Of a stretch of 64,000 bases of DNA, positions 39,093 through 47,925 are shown one piece after another. Where the stretch lies: the NCBI GenBank assembly GCA_964409365.1, contig CAYPCX010000003.1, positions 84,577-148,576 on the forward strand. The letters are read 5' to 3'. The notes under the pieces are model-generated. The model was given only the letters and a program-made list of their open reading frames with translations, was not told the origin of the DNA and did no database searches. The translations under genes and the position numbers were made by a program. Position 1 is the first letter of the stretch. Every line of letters starts with the position of its first letter. The stretch comes from an uncultured Planctomycetia bacterium. Lineage in GTDB: Bacteria; Omnitrophota; Gorgyraeia; Tantalellales; Tantalellaceae.

Positions 39093-39994
39093 AACTTTAT
39101 TCAGGTACTATAATATCTATCCCGTTCGGCAAGCACAAGATCGACGCTCGCTTGTACCACATCGTCTCCGACAAAGAACATTTGAAGGAAAAGCCGGTGA
39201 TCCTGCGCCTTCACGGCACTTTGGGCAACCTCCTGGACGAGACCGAATATTACCTGCCGACCGTCCTTTCAAAGAACGATTATTCTTCGCTTACGACCAA
39301 CACCCTGCTTTCCAATCTGGGGCTTTTTTTCGGGTTCGGGGTTTTCGACGATACCATGCCGCAGATAGAAAGGGTATGCGCGTTCCTCAAGGAACTGGGT
39401 TTCAAAAAAATAGTCCTTTCGGGCCACGGCGTAGGCGGCTGCATGGCGGTAAGATACGCGGCATGGAAGGCCGAGGAAGGTAAAGCCGACGAGATAGCCG
39501 GGGTCATAGCGGTAACGACCCCGTATTCCCTGCCGGAGACCACCCGCAACCGGTGGAAAAAGTTCGGAAGCGAACCTTCCTACGACGAGGTTCATGAAAA
39601 AGCCGACCGTATCCTTCATCCCGCCCCGGGGGAGGAACAACCGGGTGACGAGATAATCGTGGTAGAAAAAGCTCAGGGGCCTACGCGCCTGCCGAAGGAC
39701 ACCGAGGTATACACGCTGAGAACATGGTGGTCGCTCACCGGACCTGAGGCCGAGGGCACTAAGGTCTACAAGCATATAGGTAAGATAAAAGCGCCGCTGC
39801 TTTTGATACACGGCCTGCAGGACGAGTTCATCGGCCACAAAAAGACGGGCGAGCTGCCCATAATAGCCGCCGAGGCGGGGAACAGGGACGTGACGCAGAT
39901 ATTCCTTTCCACTGGGCATAAAATGGACGACATGCAGGACGAGCTCGGGGACATAATAATTAAGTGGCTCAATAAAAGGTTCACGAAAGACTAA
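39083..39994 (+). CDS. Alpha/beta hydrolase homolog lacking nucleophile Ser
   Basis: LHG, SGHGVGG in place of GxSxG, HGLQD, TGH; paralog of next gene. Confidence 0.8.
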   Translation: MDIELYSGTIISIPFGKHKIDARLYHIVSDKEHLKEKPVILRLHGTLGNLLDETEYYLPTVLSKNDYSSLTTNTLLSNLGLFFGFGVFDDTMPQIERVCAFLKELGFKKIVLSGHGVGGCMAVRYAAWKAEEGKADEIAGVIAVTTPYSLPETTRNRWKKFGSEPSYDEVHEKADRILHPAPGEEQPGDEIIVVEKAQGPTRLPKDTEVYTLRTWWSLTGPEAEGTKVYKHIGKIKAPLLLIHGLQDEFIGHKKTGELPIIAAEAGNRDVTQIFLSTGHKMDDMQDELGDIIIKWLNKRFTKD

Positions 39995-39995
39995 G

Positions 39996-40916
39996 ATGGA
40001 AATAAAGTTCAACGAGTTCCAGTATCTGATGAGGTTCAAGGCCGCGGACGGCTTTACGGTAAGCGCGTACCTTATGCCGGCGGATTGCGGGGACGACACG
40101 GACCTTATGGAAGTACCCGTCCTTTTGCAGATACACGGGCTTCTCGGCCATTTTCTCTCAAGAGGCACCCCGCGCCAGCTCCCGCGCGCTCTCTATAAAA
40201 AAGGCTACAGCTCACTTTCCATAAACACAAGGCTCGCTTACGCCGGCCAGATCAACGGCACAGGCATCTTCGACGATACCATCAAAGACATAGACGCCGC
40301 GATAGCGTTCCTGAACGACAGAGGTTTCAGGAACATTTTCATCCTCGGCTACAGCCTCGGGGCCGCGATGCTTGTGTACTGGGCCTCACAGAGAAAAGAA
40401 GAGAACGTGAGGGGTTTGATCCTCGAGGGCGCACACTACTCGATCCCGGATTCATGGAAGAACGATTTCCACAAGTGGGGCAGCACCCCGAGCTATGAAG
40501 AGCTTTACGAGAAAGCGAAAACCGTGCTGGGAGACGACCCGTACAACAGCCCCAACGACGAGACCTTCGTAGTGTACCAGTCCCGGGGGCCCAACCACGA
40601 ACCCATAAGCAGCGAGATCTTCACTTACAAGACCTGGTGGTTCATGGCCGGACCCGAGGCCGGCAACGCCATGGCCTATAAGCATATCGGCAAGGTCAAA
40701 CTGCCCATACTGATCCTGAGGGGCGTGGATGATTTCCTGGTCGAGGACTGGGAGCCCGGGGCGCTGAAAAAAATAGCGCGGGACGCCGGCAATAAGAACG
40801 TGAAGATGATCGATGTTCCCGGGGCAAGGCACGACTGCATGGAGAACTCGGTGGTAATGATGCAGCATATCGTCGAGATGTTCTCCGAAGACAGCAAATA
40901 TAAGGAGGGGTCATGA
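39996..40916 (+). CDS. Alpha/beta hydrolase
   Basis: IHG, GYSLG, RGVDD, GARH. Confidence 0.85.
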   Translation: MEIKFNEFQYLMRFKAADGFTVSAYLMPADCGDDTDLMEVPVLLQIHGLLGHFLSRGTPRQLPRALYKKGYSSLSINTRLAYAGQINGTGIFDDTIKDIDAAIAFLNDRGFRNIFILGYSLGAAMLVYWASQRKEENVRGLILEGAHYSIPDSWKNDFHKWGSTPSYEELYEKAKTVLGDDPYNSPNDETFVVYQSRGPNHEPISSEIFTYKTWWFMAGPEAGNAMAYKHIGKVKLPILILRGVDDFLVEDWEPGALKKIARDAGNKNVKMIDVPGARHDCMENSVVMMQHIVEMFSEDSKYKEGS

Positions 40917-41821
40917 AAAGGGCGGCTATTCTCTTACTGGTCGCGATCTTCACTTTTACAGGGATTTTTTCCGCGGCCGCGGCAGAGAAACAATTATCAT
41001 CCATCACGATAAAAAGGATCAAGGACGCGATCGCGAAACTGGAAGACCCCGCGCGCGGCGTCCAGCGAAAAGGCTACAGGCAAGTAAAGGATTTCGGCGA
41101 GGCCGCGGTACCGTACATTACGGAAGAGCTGAAAAAGAAAGATGTCAATTTCGAAGCGAAGGCGCTCATGTGCGACATCTGCGGCGAGATAAAGGCGAAG
41201 GCCGCGGTGCCCGCTCTCATCGATACGATCAGGAACCCTTCGGCCACGGTGCGCGCGGCCGCGGCCAGGGCCCTCGGTAAGATCGGGGAGGCCCAGGCGG
41301 TCGACTCGCTTCTTCAAGCCACGCAGGACAAAGACGACCAGGTGAGGGCCGAAGCGATATGGGCGCTTAACCCTTTCGGCGACCTGCGGATACCCCCGAG
41401 GGCCGTCGAAATGCTCGGTGACGGCGACGATACGGTCCGTCTGAACGCCGCCAAGTACCTCGACGGCCACCCCTACACGGCGGCTTCCGGGCCGCTGCGC
41501 GAGGCGCTGGCCGGCGACGAATTCGCCTCCGTGCGCATGACGGCGGCGCAGGCCCTCGGCAACCTTAGGGACGATGCCGCGGTAGGCACGCTCTCGGAGT
41601 CGCTGGCCGAGGACACCTCAGAAGCCGTGCGCCGGGCGTGCGCGATCGCCCTCGGCACGATCAAAAGCAAGAAAGCTATCCCCGCCCTTATAGCGGCTCT
41701 TAAAGACGACTATAAAGACGTCCAGCTGAGCGCGGCCGAGTCCCTCAAATCGATCACAAAAAAGGATTTCGGCCGTGATCAAAAAGAATGGAACGAGTGG
41801 TACACCCGCAAAAAGAAGTAA
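40913..41821 (+). CDS. Secreted HEAT-repeat (PBS lyase-like) protein
   Basis: Signal peptide; repeated VRAAAARALGKIG / VRMTAAQALG / VRRACAIALG. Confidence 0.88.
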   Translation: MKRAAILLLVAIFTFTGIFSAAAAEKQLSSITIKRIKDAIAKLEDPARGVQRKGYRQVKDFGEAAVPYITEELKKKDVNFEAKALMCDICGEIKAKAAVPALIDTIRNPSATVRAAAARALGKIGEAQAVDSLLQATQDKDDQVRAEAIWALNPFGDLRIPPRAVEMLGDGDDTVRLNAAKYLDGHPYTAASGPLREALAGDEFASVRMTAAQALGNLRDDAAVGTLSESLAEDTSEAVRRACAIALGTIKSKKAIPALIAALKDDYKDVQLSAAESLKSITKKDFGRDQKEWNEWYTRKKK

Positions 41822-41858
41822 GACGCAAACACCACCCTCCCGCGATCAAAAGTTGTAT

Positions 41859-41911
41859 TTGACTTGATTTTTTAGCAGGATATATTACAATATACTCATA
41901 TAGTTATATAT
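41859..41911 (+). promoter_or_regulatory. Probable promoter/operator of the ArsR gene
   Basis: TTGACT/TTGATT -35 candidates, TATATT/TACAAT -10 candidates, AT-rich imperfect inverted repeat ATATACTCATATAGTTATAT. Confidence 0.4.
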
Positions 41912-41946
41912 CAATCTGTGTTTTTGAGCAATAAGAAAAGAGCCAT

Positions 41947-42642
41947 ATGGAAATCAAAAAAGCCCGGCAGATCCTGAAATCCTTAGCGGACGATACCCGC
42001 CTGAGGATAGTCAACCTGCTAGAAAAGCAGGAATTGACCGTGAACGAGCTTTGCCTGCTTTTGGATAAAAAGCAGCCGAACGTGTCGAAACATCTCACAA
42101 GGCTGCGGCTGACGGAGATCGTTCGGGACAGGCGCAGCGGCAACAAAGTATTTTATTTTATCCCCAAAACCGCGGGCGAAAAGCATAATAGGCTGCCCAA
42201 GGCCATAATGAAGGAACTTTCCGGGATGGAAAGGTTCAAAAGGGATGAAATGAGACTGAAAGAATTGATTAAGAAAAAAACCCGACAAAGGAGAGAGATC
42301 ATGAAAAAACTGTTGGTGGCGTGCGTGGCAATAACGGCCGTTATTCTTTCTTTCGGGATGAACGGCGCTTCGTTCGCCCAGGAAACCGATTCGGACTGGG
42401 TGTACGGGGAGATCGTTAGCGTCTCGGGCAACAGGATCACTGTGAGCGAAACGGAGTATAACGAAGATACGGGCGAAAAGATCGAAACGGAAACGATCTA
42501 CGCGGCGAACCCTGATATGGAGACAGAGAACATCACCTCCATCCAAGAGCTCAAGGGGGGAGAAACTGTAGACATCGAATACGTGGAGGTGGACGGCAAG
42601 AAGCAGATCACGTACCTGTACGTATATATTGAGGAAGAATAA
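41947..42642 (+). CDS. ArsR/SmtB-family regulator, read in frame into a downstream secreted protein
   Basis: KSLADDTRLRIVNLL..LTVNEL..QPNVSKHLTRL HTH; no stop before internal SD+ATG at 42301. Confidence 0.8.
   Translation: MEIKKARQILKSLADDTRLRIVNLLEKQELTVNELCLLLDKKQPNVSKHLTRLRLTEIVRDRRSGNKVFYFIPKTAGEKHNRLPKAIMKELSGMERFKRDEMRLKELIKKKTRQRREIMKKLLVACVAITAVILSFGMNGASFAQETDSDWVYGEIVSVSGNRITVSETEYNEDTGEKIETETIYAANPDMETENITSIQELKGGETVDIEYVEVDGKKQITYLYVYIEEE
42301..42642 (+). CDS. Secreted acidic beta-rich protein (internal start)
   Basis: AAGGAG SD, MKKLLVACVAITAVILSF...SFA signal peptide, VYGEIVSV. Confidence 0.65.
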   Translation: MKKLLVACVAITAVILSFGMNGASFAQETDSDWVYGEIVSVSGNRITVSETEYNEDTGEKIETETIYAANPDMETENITSIQELKGGETVDIEYVEVDGKKQITYLYVYIEEE

Positions 42643-42678
42643 TAAAAAACCATATTTTCAGGCGGGAAAGATACTACC

Positions 42679-43971
42679 ATGGGTAAAAAGAATTTTCTCT
42701 TTGTTTCCTGGGACGGGTATATAGGCGACATAGCCTGGCAGGTCGTCAAAGAAGGCCACGAGGCCAAGTATTATATCCGGAACGAGGATAACCAGGACAT
42801 AGTCGACGGTTTCGTCCCCAAGACGGAGAACTGGGAAAAAGAGATCGACTGGGCTGATGTTATCGTCTTCGACGACGTCCTGGGGCAGGGCGCGATAGCG
42901 CAAAAACTGCGGGAGGCGGGTAAAAAGGTCGTCGGCGGCACTGAATACACCGACAAGCTCGAGGACGACCGCTCTTTCGGACAGGAAGAGCTGAAAAAAG
43001 CCGGCATAAACATCCTTCCATACCGTGAATTCTCCTCGTTCGACGATGCCATAGAATATGTCAATAACAACCCCGACAGGTACGTTGTGAAACCCAGCGG
43101 GGAAGCCCAGAACATCAAGCGCATGCTGTTCGTGGGGGAAGAAGAGGACGGCAGGGACGTCATCCAGGTGCTCGAGGCCTACAAGAAAGTGTCAACGGAA
43201 GACATCCGGGTGTTCCAGCTGCAGAAAAAGGTCACGGGGGTCGAGATCGCCGTTGGTGCCTTTTTCAACGGGGAACAATTCGTGTATCCCATAAACATAA
43301 ATTTCGAGCACAAGAAACTTTTCCCCGGACAGATAGGCCCTTCTACCGGAGAGATGGGGACGTCGATGTACTGGGGCGGCGTGAACAAGATATTCAACTC
43401 CACGCTACTTAAGCTCAAACCCCGCCTGAAGGAAGAGAAGTACGCGGGGTACATAGACCTCAACTGTATCGTCAACGCGAACGGCATCTACCCGCTGGAA
43501 TTTACCGCCCGCTTCGGCTACCCGACGATCTTTATACAGCAGGAAGGGATACAGATACCGATGTCCGATTTTCTGTACGGCCTCGCCGAAGGCACCCTCT
43601 CAGAGTTCAAGGTAAAAAAAGGGTTCCAGGTAGGGGTGAGAATAGTCGTTCCGCCTTACCCGTTCGAAGACCAGGACACTTTCGAGCGTTATTCCAACAA
43701 TGCCGCCGTGCTTTTCAAAAAGCAGAACCACGACGGTATCCACATCGAGGACGTGAAGAACATCAACGGCCAATGGCTCGTCGCCGGCACTTCCGGCGTA
43801 GTGCTGGCCGTGGTAGGGACGGGACAGACCATGAAACAGGCCCAGAACCAGGTCTACGCCAGGATAAAGAACATACTGATACCTAACATGTATTACAGGA
43901 CCGATATAGGCGACAGGTGGTTCGAGGACTGCGATAAACTGCATACCTGGGGTTACCTGAGAGAGGTTTGA
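42679..43971 (+). CDS. PurD-like ATP-grasp ligase (non-canonical phosphoribosylamine-glycine ligase family)
   Basis: YVVKP, EHKKLF, GPSTGEMG, LEFTARFGYP, YYRTDIG; lacks the canonical GSGGRE N-terminus. Confidence 0.78.
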   Translation: MGKKNFLFVSWDGYIGDIAWQVVKEGHEAKYYIRNEDNQDIVDGFVPKTENWEKEIDWADVIVFDDVLGQGAIAQKLREAGKKVVGGTEYTDKLEDDRSFGQEELKKAGINILPYREFSSFDDAIEYVNNNPDRYVVKPSGEAQNIKRMLFVGEEEDGRDVIQVLEAYKKVSTEDIRVFQLQKKVTGVEIAVGAFFNGEQFVYPININFEHKKLFPGQIGPSTGEMGTSMYWGGVNKIFNSTLLKLKPRLKEEKYAGYIDLNCIVNANGIYPLEFTARFGYPTIFIQQEGIQIPMSDFLYGLAEGTLSEFKVKKGFQVGVRIVVPPYPFEDQDTFERYSNNAAVLFKKQNHDGIHIEDVKNINGQWLVAGTSGVVLAVVGTGQTMKQAQNQVYARIKNILIPNMYYRTDIGDRWFEDCDKLHTWGYLREV

Positions 43972-43972
43972 A

Positions 43973-44560
43973 ATGGACCCGCACGGCGCGTTCATCAACT
44001 ACGTTTTTTTACCCGGCTTGATATTCCTCATGAGGATAGCGGACGTCAGCATGGGGACGATAAGGATAATTTTCGTCTCCAGGGGGATAAAGATATTCGC
44101 CGCTATACTCGGATTTTTCGAGGTGCTGATCTGGCTTTTCGCGATCAGCCAGATAATGAAGAACCTGAACAACCCCATGCATTACGTCGCTTACGCGGCG
44201 GGGTTCGGGATGGGCAATTTTGTCGGGATCTCGATAGAGAAATGGCTCTCGATGGGTAACAGGACCGTCAGGATAATCACGAAGAAAGACGCCGCCGACC
44301 TGATCAGGGCCCTGAGGGCGAAAGGGTTCGGCGTCACCAGTATCGACGGAGAAGGGGCCGACGGTATGGTCAAGCTCATTTTCACCGTGCTCAGGCGGAA
44401 CCATGTCTCGGACGTGGTAAAATTGATCAAAAAATTCAACCCGAACGCCTTCTATACAGTTGAAGACATACGATATGTCCGGGAAGACAATATCTACCCC
44501 CTGAGATCGGATACAGGGCCATTCCGGAGACTGCTTTCTTCGATATACAAGAAGAAATGA
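43973..44560 (+). CDS. UPF0316 / DUF2179 membrane protein
   Basis: RIADVSMGTIR, GFFEVLIW, GFGVT, PNAFYTVED. Confidence 0.85.
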   Translation: MDPHGAFINYVFLPGLIFLMRIADVSMGTIRIIFVSRGIKIFAAILGFFEVLIWLFAISQIMKNLNNPMHYVAYAAGFGMGNFVGISIEKWLSMGNRTVRIITKKDAADLIRALRAKGFGVTSIDGEGADGMVKLIFTVLRRNHVSDVVKLIKKFNPNAFYTVEDIRYVREDNIYPLRSDTGPFRRLLSSIYKKK

Positions 44561-44573
44561 CCCGCGCGAAAAA

Positions 44574-45998
44574 CTACAGCATCAAGCTAAGCTCTTCCAG
44601 TGACTTGCATTTGGTCTCGACCCTAAAGACGAGCGTGACCATGAAGGCAAGGACCGAGAATATCGCCAGCATCACGAGTGTGAAAGTGATACCCGCCGCC
44701 GCTTTGACCACGGGCAGCAGGAATATACCGAAAGCCGCCCCTATCTTGGCCACCGCCGCTGAAAAGCCGTGTCCCGACCCCCTCAAGCTTGTCGGATAAA
44801 GTTCGGCGGGCAGCACAAAGGTCGTCGCGTTCGGCCCCATGTTCATCAAGACATTGAATATGATAAATCCTGAGAAGACCAGCACGAGGTTCCAGGTATG
44901 GCCCACAACGACTATAGAGGATACCGCCAGAACCAGCAGCCCTAAGGCCATCCCGCCGAAACCGAAAAGCTGCAGTTTTATGCGCCCCCATTTATCGATC
45001 AAGAGGATGTTCAGCAAAAACCCTATCGCGAGAAAGATATCGAGGAACATCGCGCCCTCGGTGGCCTTGAAATCCCTTGCGATCGTGCCAAGGCCTTCTC
45101 CCGAAAAAGCCATGGACGCCAGGATTATCGGCGTAAAAATGCCCACGCCGTAAGTGGCGATATCCATCAGGAACCAGGGCACAGCCGAGAGGATCGTGCG
45201 CCTGATGTGCTTCCGGGAAAAGAGGGCCTTGTAGTCCACCTTTTTCACCTTAACGTCGCCGGGCAGACTGTGGGCTTTTGCCGCCAGCACGTGGAGTTCC
45301 TCCTCCTTGGAAGGCACGAGCTTCCTGATCACTTTCGCCGCGTCCTTGTTCTTATTGTGCAAAAGGTACCACCGGGCGCTTTCCGGCACGGTGGTCCTGA
45401 GGATTATGACCACGAGCGCCGGCAGGGCGCCGAAAGCCAGCATGTAGCGCCAGGCCTGGAAAGAGGGGAATACTTTCAAGATCACCAGGCCCATGAACGC
45501 CGCGGCGGCCATTCCGAGGGCCTGAAAACTGAAAGCGCTTATGAGCATCCGCCCGCGCACCCGGGCCGGCATGAACGCCGAGATATACGAAGCGCATATG
45601 GGATAATCCGCCCCGATACCGATACCCAGCAGAAACCTGAATATAATAAGCGAGGTCACGTTCCAGGATACGGCACAGAATAAAGATAAGATAATAAAAA
45701 CTACAAGATCGAGTATATATAACGCCTTGCGTCCCCAGCGGTCGGTCAGGGTGCCGCCGACCGACGCGCCCACGACCGCGCCCAGGAGCGCCGCGGCGCC
45801 TATTAAACCGACGATCCGCGGGGTCGTCGGGAAAGTCTTCATGATAAGGGGCATGGCCACCCCTATAATGAAAAGATCGAACCCGTCCAGGAATATACCC
45901 ATAGCGGACAGCCACCATATCCTCCAGTGGATCGGCCTCAAGGGGGCGTTATCCATCAGTTCCGTCATCTCTCTATGTATCAGATCGCGCTTATTCAT
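44574..45998 (-). CDS. MFS transporter (sugar porter / phosphate-like)
   Basis: DGFDLF, DRWGRK, GIGADYP, PESARW, PAELYPTSLRG, ETK.KSLEE. Confidence 0.9.
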   Translation of the reverse strand: MNKRDLIHREMTELMDNAPLRPIHWRIWWLSAMGIFLDGFDLFIIGVAMPLIMKTFPTTPRIVGLIGAAALLGAVVGASVGGTLTDRWGRKALYILDLVVFIILSLFCAVSWNVTSLIIFRFLLGIGIGADYPICASYISAFMPARVRGRMLISAFSFQALGMAAAAFMGLVILKVFPSFQAWRYMLAFGALPALVVIILRTTVPESARWYLLHNKNKDAAKVIRKLVPSKEEELHVLAAKAHSLPGDVKVKKVDYKALFSRKHIRRTILSAVPWFLMDIATYGVGIFTPIILASMAFSGEGLGTIARDFKATEGAMFLDIFLAIGFLLNILLIDKWGRIKLQLFGFGGMALGLLVLAVSSIVVVGHTWNLVLVFSGFIIFNVLMNMGPNATTFVLPAELYPTSLRGSGHGFSAAVAKIGAAFGIFLLPVVKAAAGITFTLVMLAIFSVLAFMVTLVFRVETKCKSLEELSLML

Positions 45999-46055
45999 GA
46001 CGTTCAGTATCTTTTTCTGTTCCTTTCCGGCAAAAATAAGATATACTATATCGAA

Positions 46056-46286
46056 ATGATGAGTTTCCTGGTCTTAATAATAGTCTCTTTAGCATGCCTG
46101 CTGCTGGGCCTCTTTTTGCTGTTAAACCCCGCCTCGGCCATCGAGATACAGGAGAAGTTCTATGAAAAACTGAACTGGCGCATGGAACCTGTCTCTATGG
46201 AAAAAGAGGTCCGGAACACCAAATTCATGGGGGTATTCCTGATCATCATCACTTTTCTGGCGGTGGTCATGGGCCTGTGGAAATAA
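46056..46286 (+). CDS. Small two-TM membrane protein
   Basis: Two hydrophobic helices flanking IEIQEKFYEKLNWRMEP; fills the gap between opposite-strand genes. Confidence 0.6.
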   Translation: MMSFLVLIIVSLACLLLGLFLLLNPASAIEIQEKFYEKLNWRMEPVSMEKEVRNTKFMGVFLIIITFLAVVMGLWK

Positions 46287-46293
46287 AACGCGC

Positions 46294-47898
46294 CTATTTT
46301 CTCCATGATATCGGGGAAAGGGCGATAAGCACGGTGTATATCTCCAATCGTCCGAGCAGCATGCAAAGGGCGAGGACCCATTTCCCCGAGAGCGGGATCC
46401 ACGCGTAATTCTCAGTGGTCCCTATACCCGAAAGACCGGGGCCGATATTGCACATCGTCGCGACTACCGACGTGACGGCCGTGGTAAAATCATCTATCAC
46501 AAAGCTCATTATCGCGGAAAAGATCACGAAGCACCCCAGGAAAAGCCCTATGAACCCCACGATATTCGCCACCTGTTTTTCCTTCAGCTCCTTTCCCGCT
46601 ATCTTTATGGGCAAGATGAGCCGCGGCTGAATGATCGTCTTGACCTCCCGCCAGGCGGTCTTGACGCCTACCATGATCCTCGTCATTTTTATGCCGCCGC
46701 CGGTAGACCCGGCGCACCCCCCGAAGAACATGAGCACCACCAGCATGAAACGTATGAAATTGGGCCACATGTCCGAATCGGCAGTGGAATAACCGGTAGT
46801 GGTCGTTATGGAGACCACCTGGAACGCCGCGCAGCGCACCGTATCGTGCAGTGAACCGATCTTTTTCTCTTCCTTGATCATTTTCTCCGCGAGCACCTCT
46901 TCGGAAAGAGGCCGGCTCCGGAAGCTCCTTTCGATCTGCTCCCGCGGGGCGATGCCGCGCGCGGCAAGCACGATAGTGGCGATCAGGACCGCCGATACAA
47001 GGACCCCGGCGTAAAAATGGAACTCCTTGTTGTTTTTCGCGAGGTTCCATTTCCTGGCGAACAGGATCTGGTAATGTATGATGAAGTTCATGCCGGCGAA
47101 GAACATGAAGACGATGACGACCCAGTCGATGTAAGCGCTGTTGTAGGCCCCGATAGAAGCGTTCTTAGTGGAGAACCCCCCGGTAGCCATGGTGCCGAAA
47201 GAGTGGCAGAACGCGTCAAATACCGTCATGCCCCCGAAATACAAAAGCGCCGTCTCCGCCAGGGTAAGCAGGGCATAGACCCCCCACAGGACCTTGGCGG
47301 TCTGGGCAAGGCGTGGTTTGAGACGCTCGGAAGTAGGCCCCGGGACTTCGCCGCGGAACATCTGGTAACTGGCGATTCCAAAAACGGGCAGTATGGCCAG
47401 CGCGAGCGTGACGATCCCCATGCCGCCCAGCCAGTGGGTCATGCTGCGCCAGAAAAGCACCCCGCGCGGGAACGACTCTATGTTGGTCAGGATGCTCGCC
47501 CCGGTAGTGGTAAAACCGCTCATTATCTCGAAATAGGCGTCGGTGAACGCCCGCGCCCCCGACTCCAGCGTGGCGGCCTCCGCCTGGGACATGAAATAGA
47601 CGAAAAGGGGGATCGCCCCGAAAAGCGTCAGAACGATCCACCCGAAAGTGACGATCGCGAACCCCTCCCTGATGCCGGTCCCGGTCAGCTGGTCGCTCCC
47701 GATAAGCTTAAGCAGGTTGCCGCATATGAAAGAAGAGACTATCGCTATCAGGAACCCCAGCAGGCGTGGATCCAAAAAAACCTCCGGAAGGACCCTCGAA
47801 GGTATCTCGAAAAAAGCGATCGCGGCGGGTATAAAGAGGATCAAGGCAAGGATCTCCAGCAGCTTGCCGACCGAATATATTATAAAGCTCTTGTTCAT
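46294..47898 (-). CDS. trkH: Trk potassium uptake membrane protein
   Basis: SGFTTTGAS, WLGGMGI, ATGGFS, TTTGY, GSTGGGIK, NIGPG, GRLE. Confidence 0.95.
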   Translation of the reverse strand: MNKSFIIYSVGKLLEILALILFIPAAIAFFEIPSRVLPEVFLDPRLLGFLIAIVSSFICGNLLKLIGSDQLTGTGIREGFAIVTFGWIVLTLFGAIPLFVYFMSQAEAATLESGARAFTDAYFEIMSGFTTTGASILTNIESFPRGVLFWRSMTHWLGGMGIVTLALAILPVFGIASYQMFRGEVPGPTSERLKPRLAQTAKVLWGVYALLTLAETALLYFGGMTVFDAFCHSFGTMATGGFSTKNASIGAYNSAYIDWVVIVFMFFAGMNFIIHYQILFARKWNLAKNNKEFHFYAGVLVSAVLIATIVLAARGIAPREQIERSFRSRPLSEEVLAEKMIKEEKKIGSLHDTVRCAAFQVVSITTTTGYSTADSDMWPNFIRFMLVVLMFFGGCAGSTGGGIKMTRIMVGVKTAWREVKTIIQPRLILPIKIAGKELKEKQVANIVGFIGLFLGCFVIFSAIMSFVIDDFTTAVTSVVATMCNIGPGLSGIGTTENYAWIPLSGKWVLALCMLLGRLEIYTVLIALSPISWRK

Positions 47899-47925
47899 CG
47901 GATATTATAAGGGTGTCGATCGAAT

